Shown here: one piece after another, positions 21,051 through 33,755 of the stretch | Position numbering within the stretch: the first letter of the stretch is position 1 | Layout of the letters: every line of letters begins with the position of its first letter | Assembly: GCA_000004985.1 (NCBI GenBank) | Contig: GG738866.1 | Origin: Naegleria gruberi | Lineage: Eukaryota | Direction: 5' to 3' (one strand) | Length of the DNA stretch: 64,000 bases | Notes under the pieces: model-generated | The model's input: the letters and a program-made list of their open reading frames with translations, nothing else | What the model was told of the DNA's origin: nothing | Database searches by the model: none | Made by a program: the position numbers and the translations under genes

Positions 21051-22790
21051 TTAAACTTGTAATTCTTCAGGATCCATGTATTGGTCACGAAGGAGGTCAA
21101 TATCTTTCTTCTTTGGCAGATTCATTGATACGAGTTTACCACCACTCAATCTGAAACAATCACTCTGCGATCTTTGATGTTTGTTTACAACTTTAGGGAA
21201 ATGTTTCAGTAATTGAGATTCAATTTCTGCATAAGAATTATAGGTGACTTTAGTAGCTTGCACCAATAATTTTCCTTGTTTGTTGATTCTGTAACATCTG
21301 GTTGGATCAATATTTACACTAACATATGAAATGCAATCTGTTGGTCTGTTACCAAATCCGCTATAGAATGGGAAATCTGTTGGGAATAAACTAGCAATTG
21401 AACCAAGGCAATTAATTTTGAATGTTTCAGGTCTTCTAATAACAACTTCTCTTGCCAGAGCACTAAATGCCTTGTTGGGCGATGTAATGATTGGACCAGG
21501 TGGCATTTTATACCCATCTTGGTAGACAGAGTTGATATATTCTCGAGTTAATTGTGACATTGTAATTGGTCTGGCACTAAGGTAAATAAATTTGTAATTA
21601 TTTTCAGCTATCGATTGAAATAATTTGGCAATTCCTGGATGAGTGTAGTCTTTACCCATTCTACTGTACACTTGACCCATAATATCTGATTTGGTGATAG
21701 TTCCATCAATATCACTAATAATTATCTTATCTTGTGGTGAAAATTCGAAAATGTAAGCCTTGACAGGTTCTAGCCCACCATTTGGATCAATAAATGAAAT
21801 GGAAGAGCGACCATCAGTCATATGTGAATGAATTAATTCTAAATATTCTTTAGATGGACGAAGTCTATGTTCTGGGTGAGTTTCTTGATCAATGGATTTA
21901 AGCCATTTATCCATATAGCCAACTTTTGATGGAGATCCAGCTGTATAATAACCTGATTCTTCCTCAGCTGTTGGAGTCATTGTTCTAGATTTTCTAGGAT
22001 TACTACCAGCTCTTGGTCTTTGGAAAACAGCTCCTGTTCTTGATCTAGACCTTGAAGTGGATGTTTCCTCTTCAACCATTCTTTGAATTTCCTTTTCTTC
22101 ATCATCCGGATCTTCTCCTTCCTGTTCCATTTCTTTTATCATTTCTCGTTCTTCTCTTCTTAATTCTTCATTTTCTTCTGGTGAAGTAGCCAACATGCTT
22201 GCTCTATTTTCAGTTTTGATTATTAAATTTTGTGGAAGAGTTTTCTTTGGAAGAGGAGGAAGATCTTTTGGAGACATTGAAGAAGGGCTTGTAGGATTAT
22301 TCTGTGACTTGTCATCTTCGTATAATAGATCACTTGGTGGTTTTTGAATTTCATTCGTTTTTTTAGGAAGAGGAGGTAAAGATTTTTTCCTGTATTGTGC
22401 TATCATGGTTGCTGTCTCATCTGATTGGACAACACTTGCTACAGTCTTATTATTTCCAACAATAATTCCTGATGGAGAAGGAGGAGGAACAGATGATGTT
22501 TGTGAATCATTGACTTGTGGATTATCACGAGTTTCAACACTGAAATATGCATAATTGTGGTCAGGATCGACAATAAGTTCACATCCAGGACAGCTAATTT
22601 TCTTTCCATTAACTTGAACAGTGATGACTCTTCTTATCTTACTTCTTTGTGGAAAACGAATAAAGAAAGGTGATGATTGGAATGAACCATCATCTTGTTT
22701 GACAAGTACAACACTATATAATTAAATACATTCCGTTATTATTATTAAAATCATCAACCGATATAAACACACTTACTCTACAGCAGCCAT
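21051..22790 (-). CDS. LPIN: Lipin / phosphatidate phosphatase (N-LIP + LNS2/C-LIP HAD-like domain); exons 22777..22790 and 21051..22713
   Basis: The catalytic motif is DIDGTITKSD, followed by ..GYKFIYLSARPI..FYSGFGNRPTD. The upstream region gives MAAVD|VVLVKQDDGSFQSSPFFIRFPQ (N-LIP-like) via ATGGCTGCTGTAGA|GTAAGTG..ATATAG|TGTTGTAC. Confidence 0.75.
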
Positions 22791-23463
22791 TGTGTTTTTC
22801 TGCTCCGAAAATAATATTATTATTTACAATTAATAACGTAAAATGTACAAATAGTTAGTCTATTAACTATCCAATGTGTTTTTAATTATACTCCACTACT
22901 ATAATTCCAATTTGGCACAATAGATCTTCTCACCAATATCACTACGATATAGACGACTAAATATTGGCTTCAAACAACAGAATTGAAAATATGATACAAT
23001 GATCGAACAAGGATCGAACTTGGTGTTGTTGTTGGCTTATTTTTTCAAAGCTTGTAATTTTTTGAAAGTTGTTTATGAAAATTATTGCGGCAATAAATGG
23101 CTTGTTTTGTTGATGGATTATTATTGTTATTTGAAAGGGAAAGGAAAGACGGTTTTTGGTTGGCAAGCTTTAAAGGGGATGATATTTTCGTTTGGAATTG
23201 AGAATCGTTTAGTAACCACCACCTAGCACGTTGTTGATTAGAGTGTTGGTCACTCAATGTACTTTCTGATAGAAGGAATAGCTATCCAATTAGCAAGTAA
23301 GGATAAATTGAATATCGGTTTCTTTATTTTGGAATGGTCACTAACGGATAAGGAATTAGGCATCCCATTCATCATATTCATGTTCAACATCCAAAATTAC
23401 TTGAAATAATCATCTTCTTTCTTCATTACAAATCATTTTTTGGTCAACTCTTTACAATTATGA

Positions 23464-24704
23464 TTACAATTGTGTAATTGTGTTTCTTGGAAGGACAGAG
23501 ATGGAGGGATAATGTGGTGGTGAAAGGGATTGAGGGATATAGGCAATCTGAGGTGTTGGATGTTGCTCAATTCTCTTTCTCGAAGATCGTCCCAAAAGTG
23601 CAGGCAAAATTGATCCAAAGAATGTATTAGAAAATCTCCAACTAAAAATCATGAATAAGAAATATTTGAATATTCTCCTAAAGTCGATTCCATCCAAATC
23701 TAGAGAATGAACTACAATTACTTCACCTGTGGCTAATACAGGAGACGAAGCCAATCTCTCCAGAGGATCCTTCAACGCATTGGAAGCTGCTTTACCAGCA
23801 TCAGCTCCAAATCTTTCAATCCATGCAAGTGGAGAGGTTTTAGGTTTTCGTTCCTTTCTTTCCTTCTTTTCTATTTTGGCTCTTCTGATTGTGAAGATTC
23901 TGAATTCTTTTTAGAAGAGAACAGACTAGAAGAAAATATTGTGGAAAGGATTGATGGTTCTGCTGCAGCTTTCTTTTCTTCTGAACTATTATTGGAATTT
24001 TCATTGCTTGGTGATTGTTGTTCACTGGATTGTGAGCTAGGGGTTTTTTCCTCAATTGTTGCTTTCTCGCTCGATTTCTTTTCTTGTTGCTCTGCAGCAC
24101 TTCTTTTTGATGAACCTCCAACCATCCAAGAAAAAGGTGAAAATATTGTATCAATAATTGATGATTGCTCATTCTTTCCACTATCTCTTCGTTCCTTCTT
24201 TTCCTTCTTTGGTTTTTCAATAGTTGATTTTTCACTTTTTTCTATTGTTGGCTTGACCGAAAACCTCTCAGATCCTATAGAATCTCCTATTTCATTCTTT
24301 CCAATAACCAGAGTATCTCTCGGAGGAGATAAATGTTCATTCGATACATCTTCATACTCTATTACTTTTCCATTCCTAATTGATTTCATCAAATCCTGAG
24401 ACTTTTTAATATAATCCACATCCTCATCGTTATCATTATTATGTACATATAAATTCTTCATATATTCTCCAACATGTTTATTATCGGATATTGATTTTTT
24501 ATCCTCCAAATTATCTTCCGAATATTTATCATCAATGTTAGTCGCCTTCTTCTCTTCTTCCTCCATGACTGAAGAAACCTCATTCCGACTGATGAGAACG
24601 GAATTTAATAGGAATGGTGAGTCAATGAGCGTTGAGAAGGATGGTGTGAGAATAGCACGATTTGCTTGTTGTTGCTGGTGAGTGGAATCGTTAGTTTCAG
24701 ACAT
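23464..24704 (-). CDS. Hypothetical S/E/K-rich protein, possibly two exons (23871..24704 and an exon within 23464..23830)
   Basis: Long minus-strand ORF with acidic/Ser-rich low complexity. The downstream ORF has a hydrophobic segment (YFLFMIFSW); the junction is not resolved. Confidence 0.35.
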
Positions 24705-24855
24705 TTTTTTTAATTTGTTTTTAAAATAATAACAATGTTATCGAATTTTTGTAAACTCTCGAATTGTTTATTGGAATTTTATCGAATTGATAAGATTCTT
24801 AATAACCTCACATGATTTTGACTATATTGTCTCAAAAATTTTGGTCTTGCTTTTT

Positions 24856-25461
24856 TTAACAAACACCATATCCACCACAACCACCACCATATCCATATCC
24901 TGCACCATAACCATAACCACCTCCATAACCACCTCCATAACCACCATAATATGGAACAGCTCCATAACCATAACCACCTCCGTAACCACCATAGTATGGG
25001 ACACCATAACCTCCGTAACCACCATAATATGGAGCAGGGTAGTAACTACTGTAAGCATTATTATTACCATAGCTAGTTGGTCCAACGTAATTGCTTCCAT
25101 AGCTTGAGTATGGATTTGAGCTAACTGCATTAATTTGATTACTGTAAGCTTGAGTATTTTGAGCATATTGATTGTAATTTCCTCCAGCAACTCCATAATT
25201 TTGACCAGCACCACCATTGTAACCATAATTGTTACCATAATTATTGGAAGAAGCACCACCACCATATCCACCATAGTATGGAATTGGAGCTACTGGTGGA
25301 ACAGCATAACCATAACCACCTCCATAACCACCACCACCACCATAGTAACCACCACCAGAAGTACTTGCAGAATCCTTCTTTTCCTTGTCATCAGATGCAT
25401 GAACTGCAACTGTTGCAATGAGAAGTGTTGCAATTGTAAATACAATGAATTGTTTAATCAT
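24856..25461 (-). CDS. Secreted Gly/Tyr-rich low-complexity (structural/matrix-like) protein
   Basis: Signal peptide MIKQFIVFTIATLLIATVAVHA, then long (GGY/GYG)n and N/S/Y-rich repeats. Plus-strand ORFs 24787..25479 are mirror artefacts of the repeat. Confidence 0.55.
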   Translation of the reverse strand: MIKQFIVFTIATLLIATVAVHASDDKEKKDSASTSGGGYYGGGGGYGGGYGYAVPPVAPIPYYGGYGGGASSNNYGNNYGYNGGAGQNYGVAGGNYNQYAQNTQAYSNQINAVSSNPYSSYGSNYVGPTSYGNNNAYSSYYPAPYYGGYGGYGVPYYGGYGGGYGYGAVPYYGGYGGGYGGGYGYGAGYGYGGGCGGYGVC

Positions 25462-25628
25462 ATTTTTTTGAATTGTTGATTCGAATAGTGATGGAAATCG
25501 TGGACTTTTATAGTGTTGGAAAGGTTATGGTGAGTAAACATTGAAGGACAATGAACAAATCTCTATTTGGAAAGTTTGTTGATTATCGATTATTACTTTT
25601 ATACTACATTCTCCAAAAAAGGTTTCGT

Positions 25629-26412
25629 TTAAAAATGCACAATTACTACAGAAACATTGTCTTTCGTTTTCTTTTCTAAGGCAGTTTGACAAAAATCGAA
25701 AGCAATTTCTTGGGAAGTTCTTGCCTTTTCAAATTTTAGTTCTTTGAACAAGTTTTCAACATTTTCATTGGTCAACTTGTCGAATAAACCATCACATGCT
25801 ATTAAAACACTTCCATGCTTTCCAGAAATATCAATGAATCTAATTTCAGGAGTGGATATAATTACATCAACCTCTAAATTTGGTTTGTTCAAAGTTGTCT
25901 TTACAGCTGGTTGTTTGTATTGAAAATCTCCAAACTATTGTTGATGATTAAGAATTTGATTAAGAGTAATCGAGAATAGAACTTACAGTTCTAGAAGGGA
26001 GTGTATTCACAACCTTAACTCCAATTTGTTGCATTCTTTCCTTTTCATAATGAGCTTTGTGATCTCTTGACATGACTGTGCATTCACATTGATTATTACT
26101 TTCACCAACAAATACCAAAGCTCTGCAATCTCCCAAATTTGCACAATAAACTGACTCACTGGTAAGAAAACAAACATTTGCAGCAGCTCCACAACTTGGT
26201 TTGATCTTTGAAAACTTTTGCTTTTCAATAAAGAGTTTTAAATTCAAGTCAACTTGTTCAAATGCTCGGATAAGAGCTTGTTCAATTGTATCCGATTCTT
26301 TTAATTTTTCTTTTAAAATTGATTCCAAATTACGAGAAACATATTCAGCAACTTCAATTCCTCCATGCCCATCAATTACGCCAAATAACCCACCACAATA
26401 ATCATTGTGCAC
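25629..26412 (-). CDS. PP2C-family Ser/Thr phosphatase (core); exons 25986..26412 and 25629..25934; N-terminus unresolved
   Basis: Motifs LFGVIDGHGG, ..VYCANLGDCRALV.., ..LPSRT|GTAAGT..CAATAG|FGDFQYK.., ..LIACDGLFD... No in-frame ATG or acceptor precedes ..VHNDYCGG; a stop lies 5 codons upstream. Confidence 0.6.
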
Positions 26413-26604
26413 ATTTTTTTGTTTTTAAATTGTTCAATGTTCTCTGTTAAAGAGGACATTCCACCAAAGAACAGTCAAAAGTAAGAGAACAATGAAATCT
26501 TGGACATTGTGAAGAAAACATGATAGTTTAATGATGAGGGCCTGTATGATGGGAGCTACTTCAAGCTACCAAAATCAGTCCAAAGTAGAGTACAAAATTA
26601 TTGA

Positions 26605-28681
26605 CTATTGTTGATTGATTTCATGTTGAACTTCATATGTGGCATATTGTAATGCCTTATCGGTTTGTGAAATGGCTGCCAAAACAATTGGCAAGTCACC
26701 TCTCAAAGTTTTAGAAGCAAAATAGAGTGTCATGCCATCCCTTTGAACAGCTATCTCTATTAATTGGTTTGAATTGAAAAAATAACTTACCATTTAAAAC
26801 AACTTCTCTATCATGTCTGAAATGATCTGGTACAAACTCGAGAGCTTTTGGATTAAGCTCGATCATATCTAATATGAATTGTTTTTGGGATTTAATTGAC
26901 TCGGGAGTATACTTCAATGATCTGGCATCTTGAAAGACAGCTGCTGAAATGACAGTGAGATCTCTTTTAAGGGTTGGTGTGGCATATTGGATAGCTGTTC
27001 CCTTTTGATTTACAGCTAAAAATACCGTGTCGACATCGTCCTTCAAAGCATCAGATGCATATTTTAGACAAATGCCTTTAACATTCAATACTTTTGCCAT
27101 GAATTCTTTGTTTGCTCTTAGTTCTACTCCTGCAAATTGAAGAGCATTCTCAAACACATCACCACAAGTTGTTGCTGCAAGATATGCCAATATTGGGTTC
27201 TTCTTCAAAGTAGTACTTGCATATTGAAGAGCCATTGGTCTGTTACGAATGGCCAATTCCACAATATCAAACTCATCTCTCAGTCTTTGAGAAATATGTT
27301 GCAATAGGAAACCATTTTGTTTTACAGCAGCCTTAGCAATATTTACATTGTCTTTGAGTGCAGCAGAGCATTCATGAAATGCTGAAGAATTATTTTGAAT
27401 AGCACAAAGGGCAACCTCTTCATCATCCTTCAATGTATCATTGGCATATCTAAACAAGCTACCGTTCTGAGTTACCATAGCTTTGACTATTGTTTTAAAG
27501 TTACAACTACTTGGAATCTCTCTGTATGTATGGAATGAATATGGAAGACTTTCTCTCTGTAAAATGGAACCAATGTTGTAGTGAACATGATAAAAGTGTT
27601 TCTTCTTCATCTGAATCCAATTCTTAAAATTTACAATCTCACTATGTTTTGTATGTTTAAACCAGAGAGAGCCATTCTGTTTACACAAGTGTATGAGTGT
27701 TGAGCCATCTGAAGTTTCACCAATCTTGACTTGTTCACCTTCATCTCTCCATTCACTAATAGGTAGCAACATGTTTGAAACGTGAAGGAATTTGTTATGC
27801 CAACTTGCTCTTCCATCACTCAATTCTATGAGAAAGGTCTTTAAATGATATGGAAGAATAACTTGAAATTTTCTTTCGAGTTGTGTAATGAGTATTGGAC
27901 TGACAGTGTCTTCGTTCAATGGTTTGAGAAGGCAAGAGTTTTCCAAATTCCATAGTCTGAACAAGTCTCTCTTCTCCACTTGCAAACAAGCTCTGTGAAA
28001 ATCAATGCTCACCCACTCTGCAATCTTTCTCGAAGAATCTTCCATGAAATTGAATATAATTTCAATAATATCACTTGGTAAATGACAGGATGGAACACAA
28101 GCTTGTGGGCTTTCTGGTGATTCGATAATTGATGGAGCACACGAAGTAGATGTTGAATTAATCTCTAAATATTTTGTATGGATATTTTGATGTGAGCATG
28201 TTTGATTGTCTGCATGGTGTTTAATTCTCTTCTTTGTCATTGGGAAGCAACTATCAGGAAGCTTGCTATCGAGAGGAGTTATCAAATCATATTCCTTCTG
28301 ACTATGGTCCAAATCATCCTCATGATGAGTTAATAATTCAGAATTGTGTTGTTCATCATCATAAACCTCTGAACATAATAGATTAACTTGAAAACCAGCT
28401 GATGCTCTTATTCTCTTCTTTACCTGTTGATGAGAACGATTGGGGAAAGGAATAATCACTTCGGGTCCTCTTTCATGATCCTTACGGCAATCCGTGAGTG
28501 TTAATGCTGTTGAATGATCATCATCTTTAATTGTATCAGTGTACTCTTCTTGTTGGTCAATGATTCTTCTTCCCACCAACAAACCGTGATGCTGCTTCCG
28601 TGCTGGTTGTGATGAAGCAGATGCTGTTGTTGTGGAGCCTCTGACAACATTCAAAGAATTGTATGGATTGTTTGTGGACAT
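26605..28681 (-). CDS. DUF4116-repeat protein with low-complexity N-terminus and SMI1/KNR4-like middle region; exons 26791..28681 and 26605..26756
   Basis: C-terminal half holds ≥7 tandem ~36-aa repeats (L.YAS..LK.D.E.VL.AV.QNG.AL), e.g. FRYANDTLKDDEEVALCAIQNN, LQYASTTLKKNPILAYLAAT, LKYASDALKDDVDTVFLAVNQ. The last repeat is reached through AATG|GTAAGTT..TTAATAG|AGATAGC, a 34-nt intron. Confidence 0.6.
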
Positions 28682-29050
28682 TTTATTGGAGTCAATTTTC
28701 AATAATTACCTCTTGGTTTTTATTGCTTCGTTCAAAGAATAATGGAGTGCTTTGTAAACCAATAAATTGGTACACGGTGTTGTTGTGATGGTGTGGATGG
28801 TGGTAATCTGGTAATGAGTGGTTCCTTTATAATGATGATGAATTGTTCAATATGGCACACCTATCAGCTACAAAAGGAAGGTATGAGAGTTTGAAAAGGC
28901 GCCAATAAAATTACACAAATCAATATTTACGCTTAAAGACTGTAGTTGATGTATTGAATCGTGAAAAATCATGCAGTGGTAGGCTCATTATTGTATTTAA
29001 TGTTAAATACATAAATGAAAATGGTAATAGTATTTACAAAATGGAATTTA

Positions 29051-29887
29051 TTAAAAAACAATTTGTGCTCTTATTTGATCTAAAACTGAAAGAATGGCTT
29101 GAATTTTCACAATTTGCATCTTTCTTTGGTTTCTAATCCAATTACTTTCTTTGAATTCAATCGAGTCCAGTTCAATTGTTAAATTCATTAATTCACCATC
29201 AAATCTTGTAAGTTGTTTCAGTATTTGATTAGAATCAACTACTACTGTTGATGATTTGTTATTTTCTCTATCAGAAACAAATTGATCGACTCGTGACAAA
29301 ACATTTTCAATTTTGGTTGCAATATCGAACACCTTCACTCCATCATCTCCACCAAATCTTTCTTTCATTTTCTTAAGACGAATACTTTCCTTTTCAATAT
29401 CTTCTGTTGGTAATTCATATCTACAAGTTGGACAGGTATTATGTTCATTCAACCATGTACTCACACAATCTTTATGGAAAACGTGACCACAAGGAAGTCT
29501 TATCAGTTCATCACATTCTTCAAAATCACAAATGCAAACAGCACATGATTGGTCACAGTGTTCACCACATTGTGTCATAATTTGTTTTCGGAGAGGTGAC
29601 AATTTGTAAGTAGGTAATGATTCTAAAGCATTCTTTTTCGTTGGTGCCTTCTTATTGATTTGATCCTGTTGATATTGTTGGAAGGATTGATTGGCAAAAT
29701 CTGACATGTTTACATTATCGAACAGATTGGAGAACGGAACATTATTCGAATATTGCATATCATTTGGTGAGAAGAACATTGTTAATGGCACACCATAGAA
29801 ACAAAATTGTTGGTTTGTTTCTGGTTGCTGACGATGGTGATTACCATCTTGGATAAAAATTGGTAAATTGAATAGAATGTTAAACAT
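29051..29887 (-). CDS. RING-H2 finger E3 ubiquitin ligase
   Basis: C-x2-C..C-x-H-x2-H-x2-C..C-x2-C arrangement: CAVCICDFEECDELIRLPCGHVFHKDCVSTWLNEHNTCPTCR. Confidence 0.7.
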   Translation of the reverse strand: MFNILFNLPIFIQDGNHHRQQPETNQQFCFYGVPLTMFFSPNDMQYSNNVPFSNLFDNVNMSDFANQSFQQYQQDQINKKAPTKKNALESLPTYKLSPLRKQIMTQCGEHCDQSCAVCICDFEECDELIRLPCGHVFHKDCVSTWLNEHNTCPTCRYELPTEDIEKESIRLKKMKERFGGDDGVKVFDIATKIENVLSRVDQFVSDRENNKSSTVVVDSNQILKQLTRFDGELMNLTIELDSIEFKESNWIRNQRKMQIVKIQAILSVLDQIRAQIVF

Positions 29888-30355
29888 TTTCTTTTGTAAT
29901 ATATTTGATCGCTTATTCACAACACCGCTTGTTGTCAATATTAAGATATTAAGACTTTTTTTTCAAGTTGGTTTTTCTTGTTTGTGTTTCGAATGGTCAT
30001 TTTTAACGTTTTGAAAAATGCGACAAACTATTTTTATGCGCAAAGGATTTTCCTCAGCTCTCGGAATGTGAAGGAAAATCAACTTCCGAACCTCAGATTC
30101 CGAAACTTTTATTAAATTGAAGTCAATGGTCTTTTACGCTCACTAACAGTAAAGGACTGTAAAGTTGAATTTGGTTTCTTCTGAGATTATTCAAGAATAT
30201 TGAGAAACGAAACCTTTTAGAAGGAAAAGCAAGGAGATAATTGTATTATGGATTGTTCTACAATGCTTTCAGAGAGAGATTGTTATTGGAATTGTTTTGG
30301 AATTAAAGATGTTGGAAACCTTACTCAATATCCTAAGAAAATCAGCTCCATAAGT

Positions 30356-30801
30356 TTACAAAAAGTTTGAGGTGGAATTGTTGAGGTTTTCGAGAACTCG
30401 TTTGTAGGTCTTGGCAGCTTTTTGATATCCCATATTGGCAGCTTTTTCGAATACTTTAATGGCCTCCATTTGATTTATATCTAAAAAGTAGCCACCTTGA
30501 TAAAGACAAGCCAGTATATAAATGAAAACAGGAGAATTAGGATTGAATTGACATTGTGCAACGAGAGGTTTCAAAATAGTAAAGGCCAAATCGTCGTATT
30601 TTTCTTTCCATGCTAACTTGCCGGTCTTGTAATATGCAAAAGGTATTAAAAAGTTTCCAGTGCATGATTGCTTGTAGTGATAGCTCTGAATACATTCTTC
30701 TCATATCCATTTCTTCCCTTCTCATAATAATACCCCTCAATATAGGAGATGTAATATTGAGCATCTTGATAGGTTTTGCCAGTTTTTGAGAAACACTCCA
30801 T
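30356..30801 (-). CDS. Small Sel1/TPR-like repeat protein; exons 30694..30801 and 30356..30625 (tentative)
   Basis: Sel1 pattern: ..YYISYIEGYYYEKGRNGYEKN | TGKLAWKEKYDDLAFTILKPLVAQ..VFIYILACLYQGGYFLDINQMEAIKVFEKAANMGYQKAAKTY. Frame is restored by AAT|GTATTC..TTACAAG|ACC. Confidence 0.4.
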
Positions 30802-31264
30802 TGCTTAACAGTTTAAATAAACCTATGCTTTTTCTCTCTATAAGATCACTATTTCTCTTAGTGTTTTATATCGTTTCCTCAATGCCCTGAAAAAGAATTT
30901 TCAATGAAAATTTACTGTTTGTTTCCAAGTTACAAATTCTGTGGTTTAAGAATGAAATCTTTGAATCTCTCCTTTCGAATATTTGGTTGAGGTTTTGGAC
31001 ATTTGATAATGGATGGTGATTAATTCTGGTTCATTGTCTTGAGCTGTTTGAATGTCAAATTACCAATCACCAATTCAGTCTTCAATGATGAGATGGAGAA
31101 TCTGAAATGATTTAGACAGGATTGTTTGCTAATTAACCAATAAATTATGATCAAATTGAACTCAGTGGTACTGTAATAGTGAAAGGACTGCAAAGTTTCG
31201 TAAATATTGGGGTCATTCTAGAGTTCACGTTGTATTATTTGTGAACAATTTGAATAGTGAGAAA

Positions 31265-32082
31265 CTAATCCTCATCTGGGCCTTTAACATCAGCAGTCCA
31301 ATTACTCAAATTATCCCTCAATAATTGCAATATTAACGTTATCTCACTTGAAATGTCCTCACCAGATTCGATCAAAATCTCAAGTTCTTTCATAGCTTTT
31401 GAAAATGCTGTTTGTGCAATTTCCACAGCTTTTTCACACTCCCCTACAACCTCATATTTAAACACTGCCTGAGACAAAATCATTCCTAATCTAAGGGGAT
31501 TCAGAATACTCAATTTAGTGGAAAATTCATTTGATATTTCATAACATTCCAATGATTTTCCCTTCCAATCCAGTCCAGAATTTTGATAATCAACTCGTGC
31601 AATATTTCTGTACAAGTCTCCTTTTTGTTTCCAATAATAAACACAATCTTCTACTGATTGATCTTCCAATTGTAGAATTTTATCTATTATTTCAATAATT
31701 TCAACTGTAATTTCAATACATTTTTCTTGTAAATTTTTCATAAATCGTTCAGTCAACTTGACATTATGAAATTCATTCTTTGTTTCTAGTCTATCTCTTA
31801 TTGACAATACAACATGATGAGGAGTTGTATAACAAGCAATTACATTCTTATAGGCTACCAACAACAGGTTCCTCTCTTCATCAGTCGGTCGTGGTTGACT
31901 AGAGTTGAGAATTTGTAAAATCAAACTCTTTATTTCCACCATCATTTCTGCAAATAATATATTACTAATAGATCTTTGGTAAACTTGTACTCACCCTCAT
32001 AAAGTTCCGTTTGTTCTAGAAATTTAATAACGAATAATTGATCGGAACGATAGTTAGTGTCAAGTGTTTGTTTTTGTGCCAT
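31265..32082 (-). CDS. 14-3-3 protein; exons 31995..32082 and 31265..31947
   Basis: Motifs ..IKFLEQTELYEEM.., EERNLLLVAYKNVIA, LRLGMILSQAVFKYEV, ILQLLRDNLSNWTAD. Intron GAGG|GTGAGT..TTTGCAG|AAATG (47 nt). Confidence 0.85.
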
Positions 32083-32271
32083 TTTTTTGTAAAGTATCCA
32101 ACATTTGACTTGCTGTTCATTCCTTTGCGTGAGTAAGAAAGCAGGATATGCTTTTCTGCCATAGAATTTAAAAAGCTGACCGTTATATTGTTGGCGCCAC
32201 TTTTACATTCCCGCCTTTTAAAATCGTTGTTTTGTTATTGAAAAAATATTTTATCAAAACACATCAAAGAA
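32083..32271. promoter_or_regulatory. Putative bidirectional promoter between 14-3-3 (-) and Aurora kinase (+)
   Basis: 189-bp spacer between divergent ATGs. Confidence 0.3.
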
Positions 32272-33713
32272 ATGCAACCACACCAATCCTCTTCTCCATC
32301 CTCTACCAACACGATGAACAAGGAGAATGAACATTTTCACTTTCCAACCATGCCTTCCAAGACGCGATCATCTAAAACATCATCACCAACCAACAGCAAT
32401 ACATCACCAACCTCTCAACAAGCCAAACTAAAATCTGGTCAAAAAGTTTTTCCTTTCCATGTGGCTTATGGTATTTCCCCATCACCATCATTATCAACAT
32501 CATCAAATACACAAAAACCAAGTGGTATTCCTAAAGTTGTGCACAATAAGAAGATTTTCAGCACTCCAAGCTCTGCTAAAAGTACCCAAAGAAAAGCTCT
32601 GGGCACTTTGAGTAATCAAAAATCTAATCAACTCTCCAATCTGCAAAATATGCATGCCAACATTACCATTACTCCACCAGAAAAGTTTACTCCTCATCCA
32701 CCATCACAACCAAGAATTGTTGAAGAAACAAATGAAATGGTTGATGACGTAGCTGTTGATTCACATACTGTTACTAAGGAAGTTCCAGATGCTGAAATGA
32801 AGACTACAGAGTCAACCACTGAACAAACTCAATCTACTACAACACAGGAATCATCAACTGGGGCTAAGAAATCTACATGGAAACTCCAAGATTTTGAAAT
32901 TGGAAACTATCTTGGAAAGGGTAAATTTGGACAAGTATACCTTGCAAGAGAAAAGAGAACAAAATATATTGTAGCATTAAAGGTTCTAGATAAAGAACAA
33001 TTAAAGAGAGAAGGTGTAGAACATCAAATCAGAAGAGAAATTGAAATTCAATCCCATCTCAGACACAAGAACATTTTGAGATTATATGGCTATTTCTATG
33101 ATAGGCAAAAGGTATATTTGATTTTGGAATACGCAGCTGGAGGTGAATTATACAAACAATTACAAGAATGTAAACGTTTTTCTGAACCAGAAGCAGCTAG
33201 ATACATTACAGGACTTGCCAAAGCTCTCAAATATTGTCATGACAGAAATGTCATTCACCGTGATAGTAAGTTTTCAATATTTCCAAGCAAAACAATTAAC
33301 AAATACTAGTCAAACCTGAGAATTTATTGATGGACTCAAATCATGATGTAAAAATTGCTGATTTTGGTTGGAGTGTTCATGCACCAACCACAAGAAGAAC
33401 AACACTTTGTGGAACTTTGGATTATTTACCTCCTGAAATGGTTGAAGGAAGAGAACATGATTCAACAGTTGACTTGTGGTGTTTGGGAGTATTGTGTTAT
33501 GAATTCTTAGTTGGTGAACCACCATTCATGGCTCCAACACAAGAAGAAACATTTAAGAAAATTAAGGATGTTGATTTACGATTCCCACCTTTCGTTTCTA
33601 TTGATGCTCAAGATTTAATCAGTAGATTACTTGTCAAGGATACTTTGCAAAGAATGTCATTGACAGAATTATTTGAACATCCGTGGATTGTTAATAATTG
33701 CCCCGCCCAATAA
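32272..33713 (+). CDS. Aurora-family Ser/Thr protein kinase; exons 32272..33265 and 33310..33713
   Basis: Motifs [24 protein letters not shown]|IKPENLL across the GTAAGT..TACTAG intron, [27 protein letters not shown]. The long S/T/P-rich N-terminus is typical of Aurora. Confidence 0.85.
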
Positions 33714-33755
33714 ATTGTTTTTCTTTTTAATTAAATTATTAATAATTTAAAAAAA

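Noticed and set aside
24787-25479. Plus-strand T/I/S-rich ORFs opposite the Gly/Tyr-rich secreted protein gene
   Set aside because: Antisense read-through of a (GGT/TAT)n repeat. Their composition is incompatible with a real protein.
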